A stretch of DNA of 64,000 nucleotides, taken from positions 576,001-640,000 of the forward strand of contig CAWJPJ010000006.1 of assembly GCA_963844715.1 (NCBI GenBank), read 5' to 3'. A model generated the notes under the pieces. It had not been told where the DNA came from. It ran no database searches and saw nothing but the letters and a program-made list of their open reading frames with translations. This document shows positions 11,671 through 20,885 of this stretch, one piece after another; the first letter of the stretch is position 1; every line of letters starts with the position of its first letter. The DNA is from an uncultured Phycisphaerales bacterium. Its GTDB lineage: Bacteria > Planctomycetota > Phycisphaerae > Tepidisphaerales > Tepidisphaeraceae. A program made the position numbers and the translations under genes.

Positions 11671-12897
11671 ATGAAGAACCCATCGCTCCCCCTGGCTTGC
11701 CTGCTACTCCTGTCCATCTGCCCGCGTCTAATCGCCGCCACCCTCTTCGTCTCCCCCGACGGCCAACCGGGCTCCCCCGGAACCCAACAAAATCCCCTGC
11801 CTAGTCTCGTCGACGCCGCCGCCATCGCCCAGCCCGGCGATACCATCCAAATGCTCCCCGGCGTCTATCACGAACCCAAAACCGTCAACCTCTCCACCAA
11901 AGCCACCGAACAATCCCCCATCCACGTCACCGCCGACGTCGGCAATCCGGTCGTCCTCGACTTCTCCGCACAACCCGAAGACCGTGCCCACTCCATAGGC
12001 GTCGAACTCTCCGGCAACTACTGGTTTCTCACCAGCATCGAAGTCACCCACGCCGGAAGCTTCGGTTTCCACATCACCGGCAGTCACAACACCCTCGATC
12101 ACTGCATCTCCGCCGAGAATCGCAACAGCGGCACCCAGATCGAAACCAACGGCAGTTACACCCTCGTCGTCGACTGCCAGTCCTATCGCAACTTCGATCC
12201 CAAATCCTACGGCGAGGACGCCGACGGCTTCACCGCTAAGCACAAAATCGGCCCCGGCAATGAATTCCTCCGCTGCCGCTCCTATCAAAACGCCGACGAC
12301 GGCTTCGATTTCTGGATGGCCCCCGAGCCTATTCTGACCATCGACTGCGTCTCCTACCGCAACGGCTACAACATCTGGGGAATCTGGCCCTATGAAGGCG
12401 ACGGCAACGGCTTCAAGTTCGGCGGCAACTACGTCGCCGTCGCCCACGTCTGCCGCGGCTGCGTCTCTATCGAAAATCCCCTCGACGGCTTCGACCAAAA
12501 CCACAACATCGGACCCGTCACCGTCGAAGACTGCATCGCCATCCGCTGCGGAAAAGGCTTCTCCTTTCCAGAAGTCCCCCGCGCGGGACAAGTCGTCCTA
12601 AGAAACTGCACCAGCTTCGGCTGCCAAAACGTCCTCGAACCCGACATCGTCACAGAAAACTGCCACTGGTACCCAGACGTCCAGGCAGGCGTCCTCGGCC
12701 CCCTCCCCCTCCCCGGCCACCGAGACATCCCCGGCGCCGGCGCAGTTCCCACAACCGAGCCGTCCCCCATCATCGTCCCAGCCGAAGCCCCCGAATGGGG
12801 CTATCCGAACGATACGCCCAAACGCCGAGACCCCGAACTAGCCGACACCCGCGCCTCGGGCCAGGCAACGCGCCCCTCCGATTATCCGAACCCTTAA
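11671..12897 (+). CDS. Secreted right-handed beta-helix polysaccharide lyase, PL9 (PelL-like)
   Basis: Signal peptide, EDADGFTAK, NADDGFD and GDGNGFKFGG motifs; GGAGGA RBS. Confidence 0.8.
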   Translation: MKNPSLPLACLLLLSICPRLIAATLFVSPDGQPGSPGTQQNPLPSLVDAAAIAQPGDTIQMLPGVYHEPKTVNLSTKATEQSPIHVTADVGNPVVLDFSAQPEDRAHSIGVELSGNYWFLTSIEVTHAGSFGFHITGSHNTLDHCISAENRNSGTQIETNGSYTLVVDCQSYRNFDPKSYGEDADGFTAKHKIGPGNEFLRCRSYQNADDGFDFWMAPEPILTIDCVSYRNGYNIWGIWPYEGDGNGFKFGGNYVAVAHVCRGCVSIENPLDGFDQNHNIGPVTVEDCIAIRCGKGFSFPEVPRAGQVVLRNCTSFGCQNVLEPDIVTENCHWYPDVQAGVLGPLPLPGHRDIPGAGAVPTTEPSPIIVPAEAPEWGYPNDTPKRRDPELADTRASGQATRPSDYPNP

Positions 12898-12900
12898 AGC

Positions 12901-13029
12901 GAAACCCGAATGACGAAACCCGAAACCAGAATCAAGCCCGAAACCAGAATGAGCCATGATTGCGCGCATGCTATGGCCCATTCTGGTTTCGGATTTGATT
13001 CGGATTTCTGGTTTCTGGTTTCTGGTTTC
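12901..13029. repeat. Heptamer-periodic palindromic element, copy B (empty, subtype 1, spacer inverted relative to A and D)
   Basis: Left arm nearly identical to A. Spacer CCATGATTGCGCGCATGCTATGG has reverse complement CCATAGCATGCGCGCAATCATGG, close to the spacers of A and D. Confidence 0.9.
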
Positions 13030-13043
13030 CGCCCGGGGGCATC

Positions 13044-13937
13044 ATGACCCAAGTCACGTCTTCGAAACTTTTGGATTCCGCCTTCATGGCGCGCCTCGAC
13101 CAACTCGACATCATTTCGCGCAAAATGCTCGCCGGGAAAATGAAGGGCGAGCGCCGCTCCAAGCGCCGCGGCCAATCCGTCGAATTCGCCGACTACCGCA
13201 ACTACGTCGTCGGCGACGACCTCCGCTTCATCGACTGGAACATCTACGCCCGCCTAGACAAACTCTTTCTCAAACTTTTCCTCGAGGAAGAAGACCTCTC
13301 CCTCTACATCCTCCTCGACGTCAGCAAAAGCTGCGACTTCGGCGATCCCAACAAAGCCGTCTACATGAAACAAGTCGCCGCCGCCCTCGGCTACATCGGC
13401 CTGGTCAATTACAACCGCGTCCACATCAGCGCCATGTCCGAAGGCATCGTCGCCGAAACCGGCGCCCTCCGCGGCCGCCGCCGCATCGCCCAGATGATCG
13501 ACTTCATCGCCAATCTAAAACCAAAAGGCGCCAGCCATTTCTCCGAAGCCTGCAAACGATTCGCCCTGGCCCACCGCCAAAAAGGCGTCTGCGTCGTCCT
13601 CTCCGACTTCTTCGTAAAAGAAGGCTTCCAATCAGGCCTACGCTACGTCGCCGGCGGGAAATACGACCTCTTCTGCGTCCAGGTCCTCTCCCCCCAGGAA
13701 ATCCAACCCGAGTTAACCGGCGATTTAAAATTGAAGGACCTCGAAGACGCCGACACAGCCGAGGTATCGATCACCCAGCCGCTGATGGACAGATACAAGA
13801 AGAATCTGAATGCGTATTGTCTGTCGCTAAAAGAATATCTCACTCGCCGAGGCGGCACCTATCTGTTCAGCAGCACGGCCGTGCCGTTCGATACGCTGGT
13901 GTTGAACTATTTGCGCGAAAGAGGACTGCTTGGGTAA
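13044..13937 (+). CDS. DUF58 family protein (MoxR-associated)
   Basis: GQSVEFADYRNYVVGDDLRFIDWNIYAR, LLDVSKS, VLSDF. Confidence 0.92.
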   Translation: MTQVTSSKLLDSAFMARLDQLDIISRKMLAGKMKGERRSKRRGQSVEFADYRNYVVGDDLRFIDWNIYARLDKLFLKLFLEEEDLSLYILLDVSKSCDFGDPNKAVYMKQVAAALGYIGLVNYNRVHISAMSEGIVAETGALRGRRRIAQMIDFIANLKPKGASHFSEACKRFALAHRQKGVCVVLSDFFVKEGFQSGLRYVAGGKYDLFCVQVLSPQEIQPELTGDLKLKDLEDADTAEVSITQPLMDRYKKNLNAYCLSLKEYLTRRGGTYLFSSTAVPFDTLVLNYLRERGLLG

Positions 13938-13940
13938 GCT

Positions 13941-14410
13941 AAATCCGAAACCAGAAACCCGAATGACGAATCAAACCCGAAATCCGAATGACTCAACGGC
14001 CCCGCGCGGCGGAAAGAAGTTCGACCTTGAGGAGCGAACCGCCCGCTTTGGAAAGGCAATCATCGAGTTCGCACGGAAAGTGCCGCTTGATCCCATCACC
14101 GATCCGCTAATTCGCCAACTCGTTCGAAGCGGCACGAGCATCGGCGCAAATTACTGCGAGGCGGACGATGCGGAATCGAAGAAAGACTTTCATCACAAAA
14201 TCGGCATCTGCCGCAAAGAGTCGCGAGAAACAAAATACTGGTTGAGGATGATCGCCGCCGCCAACAAAGATTGTCGCGCCGACGCTCGCATTCTTTGGCA
14301 AGAAGCAAAGGAGCTAAACCTAATTTTCGGCGCCATCCGCCGGCGCAATTGACCTTCGGTCATTCGGATTTCGGATTTGATTCGTCATTCGGATTTCTGG
14401 TTTCTGGTTT
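13941..14410 (+). mobile_element. Copy C: 52-bp heptameric inverted arms enclosing a four-helix-bundle gene (putative gene-bearing element)
   Basis: Left arm 13941-13992 and right arm 14359-14410 match at 48/52 as an inverted repeat. Mobility is inferred from dispersed empty copies. Confidence 0.6.
13963..14352 (+). CDS. Four helix bundle protein (23S rRNA IVP / Avd-like family)
   Basis: FDLEERTARF, QLVRSGTSIGANYCEA, SKKDFHHKIGICRKESRETKYWL. The ATG lies inside a GAATGAC heptamer. Confidence 0.9.
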   Translation: MTNQTRNPNDSTAPRGGKKFDLEERTARFGKAIIEFARKVPLDPITDPLIRQLVRSGTSIGANYCEADDAESKKDFHHKIGICRKESRETKYWLRMIAAANKDCRADARILWQEAKELNLIFGAIRRRN

Positions 14411-14416
14411 GTAGAC

Positions 14417-16438
14417 ATGCCTCACTTCCTAAACACCCTCCCCGCCGCCATCGCCGCCGCAACGGCCATCCCTCTCTTAGTACTTTTATATTTCCTAAAA
14501 CTCCGCCGCCGCGAACAACCAGTCTCCTCCACGCTCCTCTGGAAAAAAGCCATCCAGGACCTACAAGTCAACGCCCCCTTCCAAAAGCTGCGCCGAAACC
14601 TTTTGTTGCTCTTACAACTCCTCATCCTCGCAGCACTCGTGCTCGCTCTTTCGCGCCCGGTGGCCAACTACACACCCGGCGCCGGTCCCCGAACCATCAT
14701 TTTGATCGATCGATCCGCCCCCATGTCCGCGACCGACATACCAAATGGCCGCACTAGATTGGACGAAGCCAAAAAACGCGCAGCCGACCTCGTCAAAACC
14801 CTCGGCCGCAATGGCGAAGCCATGGTCATCGCCTTTGACGACACCGCCCAAACCATCCAGCCTTTCACTAGCGACATCCCCGCCCTTCTCAACGGCATCG
14901 ACTCGATCCAACCCACCGATCGTCTCACCGATCTCGAGCCCGCCTACCGCCTCGCCAACGCGCAAGCCGCGTTCACCTCCGGCTATTCCGCGCGCAACCG
15001 CGTGCCGCCCGACGTCTATCTCTTTTCCGACGGCCGCGCCCACGACGCCGACAAGGCCAGCGTCGACGGCATCCTTCATTTCGAGCAGATCGGCTCCGAC
15101 ACGGCCCACAACATCGCCATCGTCGCCATGAACGCGAAGCGCGATTACCAGCAGCCGACGCACGTTCAGGTCTTTGCGCGTCTGGCCAATTATGGCCCCG
15201 ATCCCGTGGACGGCGTCCAGGTCCAGCTCAGCGTCGACGGCATGGTCCGCAGCATCGCCACCGTCAATCTTCTCCCCGAACGCTTTAACGACGATCAGCG
15301 CCGCGCGGCCATCGCCGCCGGCTTCTCCCCGCGCGACAGCATCGAATTCCCCGAACTCGAACTAACCGGCTCGGCAGTGGTCAAAGTCGATCAACTCGCC
15401 ACGGATAAAGACTCCCTCACCAGCGACGATTCCGCCTACGCCGTCGTCCCCCCTCCCAAAATCCTGGCCGTCCTCCTCGTCACCGACGGCAATTTCTTTC
15501 TCGAACGCGGCCTGGAAAGCCAGCGCCTCAAAGTTTACGACCGCATGTACCCCCAGGAATATCTCCAGCTCCCCCAAGCCACCGGCGGCGGAAAGAAGCT
15601 CCCCAAACCCTACGACGTCATCGTCTTCGACCGCGTCAATGACCTAAAAGCCCAGGATGTCCCCAAACAAGGCGCAGCCGTCTATTTCGGCTGCATCCCT
15701 CCCGGCCTGAAACTTCAAGTCGCCACCGACGTCACAGGCCAACCCAAAATCGACGAAGACAACGGCGTCCTAGATTGGAAACGCGACCACCCCATCCTCC
15801 GCCATATCAATCTCAACAAGCTTTACGTCGCCCACGCCACCGAAATTATTCCGTCCATGGACTCCGAAGTCCTCGTCGACGGCACCAATTGCCCGCTGGT
15901 CGTACTCCATCGCGAAAACCAAGCCGTCCATCTCATCATTCCCTTCGACGTAATCGACAGCAATTGGCCTCTGAACTCCACCTTCCCCGTCTTCCTCTAC
16001 CAGACCCTGCAATTCATGGCCCTGGGCACAGACCTCGAACTTCGCCCCAGCTACGCCCCCGGCACAAGCCTCCGCATCGCCCGCAGCACCCTCGACAAAA
16101 TCGACCCCAAAATCCGCATCATCACCATCACCGGCCCGGCCGGAACCCTCACCGCGACGATTCCCCCCACAGGCGATTTCGTCCTCCCCCCGCTGAACAA
16201 AGTCGGCCTCTACACCACCGACCCCCCCATCCCCCAATACGAAAAAATCGCCGTGAACCTTCTGGACGACACCGAAAGCAACATCGAACCCACCGACGTA
16301 GCCCCCGGCTCCGCCGGCCAAGTCGCCCCCGCCGCCCCAACCGGCGCAAGAAAAGAACTATGGCGCTGGCTAGTCGCCGCCGCGATACCTCTGTTGCTAA
16401 TCGAATGGTGGGTCTACACCCGCCGCGTGCACCTGTAG
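14417..16438 (+). CDS. BatA-domain / VWA protein
   Basis: IPLLVLLYFLKLRRR...VSSTLLW...LLLLLQLL BatA N-terminus, IDRSAPM and FSDG VWA motifs, C-terminal TM ending LIEWW. Confidence 0.9.
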   Translation: MPHFLNTLPAAIAAATAIPLLVLLYFLKLRRREQPVSSTLLWKKAIQDLQVNAPFQKLRRNLLLLLQLLILAALVLALSRPVANYTPGAGPRTIILIDRSAPMSATDIPNGRTRLDEAKKRAADLVKTLGRNGEAMVIAFDDTAQTIQPFTSDIPALLNGIDSIQPTDRLTDLEPAYRLANAQAAFTSGYSARNRVPPDVYLFSDGRAHDADKASVDGILHFEQIGSDTAHNIAIVAMNAKRDYQQPTHVQVFARLANYGPDPVDGVQVQLSVDGMVRSIATVNLLPERFNDDQRRAAIAAGFSPRDSIEFPELELTGSAVVKVDQLATDKDSLTSDDSAYAVVPPPKILAVLLVTDGNFFLERGLESQRLKVYDRMYPQEYLQLPQATGGGKKLPKPYDVIVFDRVNDLKAQDVPKQGAAVYFGCIPPGLKLQVATDVTGQPKIDEDNGVLDWKRDHPILRHINLNKLYVAHATEIIPSMDSEVLVDGTNCPLVVLHRENQAVHLIIPFDVIDSNWPLNSTFPVFLYQTLQFMALGTDLELRPSYAPGTSLRIARSTLDKIDPKIRIITITGPAGTLTATIPPTGDFVLPPLNKVGLYTTDPPIPQYEKIAVNLLDDTESNIEPTDVAPGSAGQVAPAAPTGARKELWRWLVAAAIPLLLIEWWVYTRRVHL

Positions 16439-16574
16439 GAAGTCCGAAACCCGAAACCACCCGCCGCGGCGGGCGAATCAAACCCGAATTCCGAATGACC
16501 CATAGCATGCGCGCGGTCATGGCTCATTCTGGTTTCGGATTTGATTCGGATTTCGGGTTTCGGATTTCAGATTT
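16439..16574. repeat. Heptamer-periodic palindromic element, copy D (subtype 1) with an extra 14-bp palindrome in the left arm
   Basis: Same arms as A and B; spacer CCATAGCATGCGCGCGGTCATGG; insert CCCGCCGCGGCGGG at 16460-16473. Confidence 0.9.
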
Positions 16575-16610
16575 GAACCCCGTCCCCTCCCCATATATAA
16601 CCCCCACCCA

Positions 16611-17207
16611 ATGGCCCTCGTCGCGATACTCATCATCCTCAACGTCGCCATTTCCCTCTGGAACGCCTACGCCACAGGCAAAGCCTGGGTCGAAGCCAAA
16701 TTCGCCGGCGGCTGGCCCCGATTCATGACCTGGATGGGCGCCATCATGGCCGCCAGCGGCCTAAGCTGGTGCATCCTCATCCTTCTCGTCTTCGGATTCG
16801 TCAGCGCCGGCAAACTCACCCCCGATTGGGGCGGCGTCGCCCTCGATCTCGGCTACGTCATCCTCGTCCCCGGCATCATCTTCTCCGGCCTCATGATCAC
16901 CGTCGACAGTTGGGCCCGAGCCTATCGCACTAGAAAAGTCCTCGACCTCGGAATCGCCGGCTACAACACCTTCGCCCAGGTCTACAACACCTATCACGCC
17001 ATCCAAGGCATGGGCCCCGCGCTCGGCCACGTCCTTTCCGCATTCCTAGGCAAAGGCAAAAAAAGCGGCGCCGCCATCGTCATCGCCCTGGTCATCCTCG
17101 CGCTCGCGCTCGGCATCATCATCACCGCCGCCATCATCCACCACGTGGCCGCGAGCACCCCTCTCCCGACCTACGAAGAAGCCCAACGCCAATTGCAACC
17201 GGCGTGA
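16611..17207 (+). CDS. Hypothetical multi-pass membrane protein
   Basis: Clean 198-aa ORF with about 4-5 hydrophobic helices and host-like codon usage. Confidence 0.7.
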   Translation: MALVAILIILNVAISLWNAYATGKAWVEAKFAGGWPRFMTWMGAIMAASGLSWCILILLVFGFVSAGKLTPDWGGVALDLGYVILVPGIIFSGLMITVDSWARAYRTRKVLDLGIAGYNTFAQVYNTYHAIQGMGPALGHVLSAFLGKGKKSGAAIVIALVILALALGIIITAAIIHHVAASTPLPTYEEAQRQLQPA

Positions 17208-17220
17208 AAACACCGCGTTC

Positions 17221-17349
17221 GAAATCCGAAACCAGAAACCCGAAACCAGAATCAAATCCGAGATCAGAATGACCGAAGGGCACCCGACGCGATTCGGTCA
17301 TTTGGGCATTCGGATTTGATTCTGATTTCGGGTTTCGGGTTTCGGATTT
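17221..17349. repeat. Heptamer-periodic palindromic element, copy E (empty, subtype 2)
   Basis: GAAATCC GAAACCA GAAACCC GAAACCA GAATCAAATCC ... GAATGAC, spacer CGAAGGGCACCCGACGCGATTCG, inverted arm overlapping the TAA of the next (minus-strand) gene. Confidence 0.9.
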
Positions 17350-17915
17350 TATTTCAGCAGATGATGCGTTATCAGCGCATACGCCGTAACCGCCACTCCA
17401 ATCGCCGCCGCCACCACGCCGCCGTAGAAAGCCGACCGTCTTTTCGTCAGCGCCGCCACCGACGCCAGCGCGATCCCCATCTGCACCGCCATTCCCCCGT
17501 ATGAAAGCAAATCCTTCTCCGACATCCGCCGAAACGCCCTGGCCAGAAAATCCTCCCGCTCGTCCTCCAACGCCTTGGCCTGCGTCCGCAGCAGCGGCTC
17601 GCGCGTCCGCGCCTGCTGATCGAAATCCGTCATCTCTTTTCGCTGCGCATCGGTGATCGAGCTACCCGAAGCCAGTTGCGACTCGACGATCCGTGCCTTG
17701 ATGCTATTGGCCTGAAACTCCGCCCATTCATCCGAAGCCTGCGCCTGCTTGAGCACCGCCTGGTTGCTGAAATAGATCGCCTCGTTGGAAAGATTCGTGC
17801 ACCGCACAGTGAGATACCCGCCCAGTGCCGCCAGCACGCCCGTGAGCAGGGCCACATATTTCATCCAGCGCGGCGCCGTCGGATCAGCCGCGGCTTTGGC
17901 CGTCAGTTGTGTCAT
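17349..17915 (-). CDS. DUF4337 family membrane protein
   Basis: VALLTGVLAAL, QASDEWAEFQANSIK, QMGIALASVAALT. Confidence 0.75.
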   Translation of the reverse strand: MTQLTAKAAADPTAPRWMKYVALLTGVLAALGGYLTVRCTNLSNEAIYFSNQAVLKQAQASDEWAEFQANSIKARIVESQLASGSSITDAQRKEMTDFDQQARTREPLLRTQAKALEDEREDFLARAFRRMSEKDLLSYGGMAVQMGIALASVAALTKRRSAFYGGVVAAAIGVAVTAYALITHHLLK

Positions 17916-17942
17916 GCGAATTCCACTCCTTCCAAGAGGAGA

Positions 17943-19168
17943 TTACTCGACGCTCGCGTCGATACCCGAACTTTTCAAAGTCTGCCTCACCTGCTCGATA
18001 TGCCCGGCGTCGCGCGTTTCCAGCACGCACGAGACCACCACCCGCGCCACATCCGCCGGGCCGAAATTCCGATCATGATTCACTTCCTTGATGCTCGCCC
18101 CCGTCCCCGCCAGGATTCCCGCCAGTTGCGCCAGCGACCCCGGCCGATCCAGCAGCCGCGCCCTCACCCGGCACAATCTCCCCTCCGCCGCTAATCCGCG
18201 CTCGATCACGCGCGAGATGACCGTCACGTCGATGTTCCCGCCGCTCAGAACAAGCACCACATTCTTCCCCGCCAATCCCATTTCTTTATTCATCGCCGCC
18301 GCCAACGGCACCGCTCCCGCCCCCTCGACCACCATCTTTTCCATTTCGAGGAATCGAAGGATCGAAAGCGCGATCTGTCCCTCGTCCACGAGCATAACCC
18401 GATCCACGAGCCGCGAGACGATCTCAAAACAAATCTTCCCCCCTTCCGCCACTGCCAGTCCATCCGCCAGCGTCGGCTGCGCATCGATCTTCACCAGCTT
18501 CTTCCGTCGAATCGATTCAAACATCGTCGGCGCATGCTCCGGCTCAACCCCGATCACCCGCACCTCCGGCTTCAATCCCTTCACCGCCACCGCGATGCCC
18601 GAAATCAGCCCCCCGCCCCCGATCGGGACGACGATTGCATCCACACTCGGCAAATCTTCCAATATCTCCAACCCGATCGTCCCCTGCCCCGCAATGATAT
18701 CCACATCGTCGAACCCCGAAACCATCGTCAGATGCCGTCTCTCCGCCAGGTCCAAAGCCAGCGCCTTGGATTCCTGATAGCTCTCCCCATGCAGAATCAC
18801 CTCCGCCCCAAACGACCGGCAATTCGCGACTTTCGTCAGCGGCGCCCATTTCGGCATCACAATCGTCGCCGGTATCCCCAGGAGTTTTGAATGATACGCC
18901 AGCCCCAATCCATGATTCCCCGCCGACGCGGCTATCACGCCCGACTTGTTCTGATGCTCATCCAGAAGCAGCAGCTTGTTCCGCGCCCGCGCTCCTTGAA
19001 GCTCCCCGTAAGTTGCAAATGCTCGAGCTTGCAATAAACATTGCATCCACACAGCCGGCTCAGTTGCAAGGAATACGGGCACGGACTGCGATAAATCGCA
19101 TCCCCGATCCGCCCCCGCGCGGCGCGAATCATCTCCGGCGAAACCGGCAAATCCGGGCTTTGCGTCAT
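17943..19168 (-). CDS. ilvA: Threonine ammonia-lyase with C-terminal ACT domain; frameshift near 18990
   Basis: [15 protein letters not shown] in ORF 18935..19168; ASAGNHG, PIGGGGL, SGGNID and DRPGSL in ORF 17943..19082. Confidence 0.9.
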
Positions 19169-20493
19169 GGAATCAGCGTCTGAATAGGCCGCGGCATCAC
19201 GTCCACCTCGACGGTTTCCGGCAATTCCTTCCCGCTCTTCGCCCCCATCTCCCCCATCTCCCGAGCCTTCGGCACCACCCGGCTCTCCACCGACGCCACC
19301 GCCGCGTTGTAGCTCGCCACGGATGCCTTCAAACTCGTCCCCAATTTTCCCATGTGCTCAAGCCAAACACGAATTCGGTCGTACAGTTCTTCCCCCAGTT
19401 GCCGAATCTGTTCGGTATTTTCCGCCGCCTTCTGCTGCCGCCACCCGATCTCGATCACCCGCAACAGCGCCATCAAAGTCGTCGGCCCCGCCGGAATCAC
19501 CTGATCCTTCAAACAATCCTCGAGCAAATCCCCATCCTGCTCCAGCGCGTGATACAACAGCGCCTCCCCCGGCAAAAACATGATCACATACTCCGGCGTA
19601 TGCACAAACTGCGACCAGTAATTCTTCTGCGCCAGTTCCCGCGCCCGGCTGCGCACCTGCTGCGCGTGCTTCTGCAATTCCCCGCGCCGCACTTGCTCAT
19701 CCGTCGCCTTGGCGGCTTTCAAAAACGCGTCCCCGCTCGTCTTGCAGTCGATCACCACTTCCCTTTCCCCGGGGAGTCTCACCACAAAATCCGGCCGCAG
19801 TCTCCCCTCCTCCCCGGCAACCGTCTCCTGCTCCACAAAATCGCAATGCGAAGACATCCCCGAAAGCTCGAGCAATCGCCGCACCGAAATCTCCCCCCAC
19901 TGCCCGCGCACATCCGGCCGCGAAAGCGCCGTCACGAGTTGCGAAGTCTGCGTATTCAGCGCCCGCTGGCTCTCCTTCAGCGACCCCAATTCCTCGCTCA
20001 ATTTACTGAACGATTCCACGCGAGACTTTTCCATCTCCCCGCTGCGATTCTGTAGCTGTTCCAGCGATTGCTTCAGCGGCTGAAGCAGCGCATCCACCTG
20101 TTCCCGCCTCTGCTCAAACGACACGCTCGCCAGCTTCAAAAACTCTTCGTTATTCCGCGCCACGCCTCCGCCGAAACGTTCCCAAACACGTCGCGCAAAG
20201 CAAGCCGCGCGTCGTCCAGCAGCTTCCTCTGCTCGGCCAAATTCTGCCGCGCCGCATCAACCTGCGCCGCCAACCCCTGCGCGCCCAACCTCCGATTGTG
20301 AAAGTTGTTCCCGCAGATTCTGATTGAGTTCTTTTTCGGAGCTGAGTTGCCCCGCCGCGTCCGATTGTCGCTGATTCGCAACCGCCAATTCCGTCCGAAC
20401 CCGCGCCGATTCGCCTCGCCCGCGCCGGTCGCCGATCAAATACCCAACCAGCGCCCCCGCCACCACGCCTGTGATAATAAAAAGTGCGACCAT
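19165..20493 (-). CDS. rmuC: DNA recombination protein RmuC; frameshifts near 20160 and 20290
   Basis: [16 protein letters not shown]...[22 protein letters not shown]-terminal TM lies in the upstream ORF. Confidence 0.9.
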
Positions 20494-20672
20494 ATCGGGG
20501 CTCCGTCCCGGACCGAATGTAAGCCGCCCTATCCAAGGAAGCAAATACTTCCAAACCGCCGGCCCGCGACGATCGCCAGATCAAAATCGGAGCAATAAGA
20601 GCCTTTCACAGAAAAAGGTTTTCGCGCTCTTCGCGTCTCGGTGGCGACGAAAAATTATTTTTAATTTCCCTA

Positions 20673-20702
20673 TTGAAATGCCCCCGGGGTGCTCGATATA
20701 TT
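20673..20702 (+). promoter_or_regulatory. Sigma70-like promoter of recA
   Basis: TTGAAA-18 nt-TATATT with an AT-rich UP-like tract upstream. Confidence 0.5.
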
Positions 20703-20885
20703 AGCCTAACAGATACTGAACAAGGGCGGTTTGGTGACTTCCGTCGAGTTCAGCTTTGGCGGGTCAATGCCAGCCTGCCGGGAGATTGAGGCTTGCCCTC
20801 AATAACCGGTCGTTGCTTGGGCCTGCTTTAAGTCACCACTACATACGCCGGCTGAAAAATATACCCGGCGGTAAAGGAGTCTCCC

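Noticed and set aside
13963..14352. Diversity-generating retroelement or 23S rRNA intervening sequence
   Set aside because: No reverse transcriptase, no TR/VR pair with adenine-specific mismatches, and no rRNA nearby.
11524..17349. Heptamer elements as a CRISPR array
   Set aside because: They are not direct repeats with unique equal-length spacers. They are dispersed palindromes with related spacers, and no cas genes are present.
11524..17349. Elements as integron attC sites
   Set aside because: I see no RYYYAAC/GTTRRRY core boxes and no integron integrase in the window; only the layout is cassette-like.
20725..20850. recA leader as SRP RNA or 6S RNA
   Set aside because: It lacks the SRP helix-8 CAGG/GGAA/AGCAG motif and seems too short and branched for 6S. 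It is kept only as an unknown structured leader.
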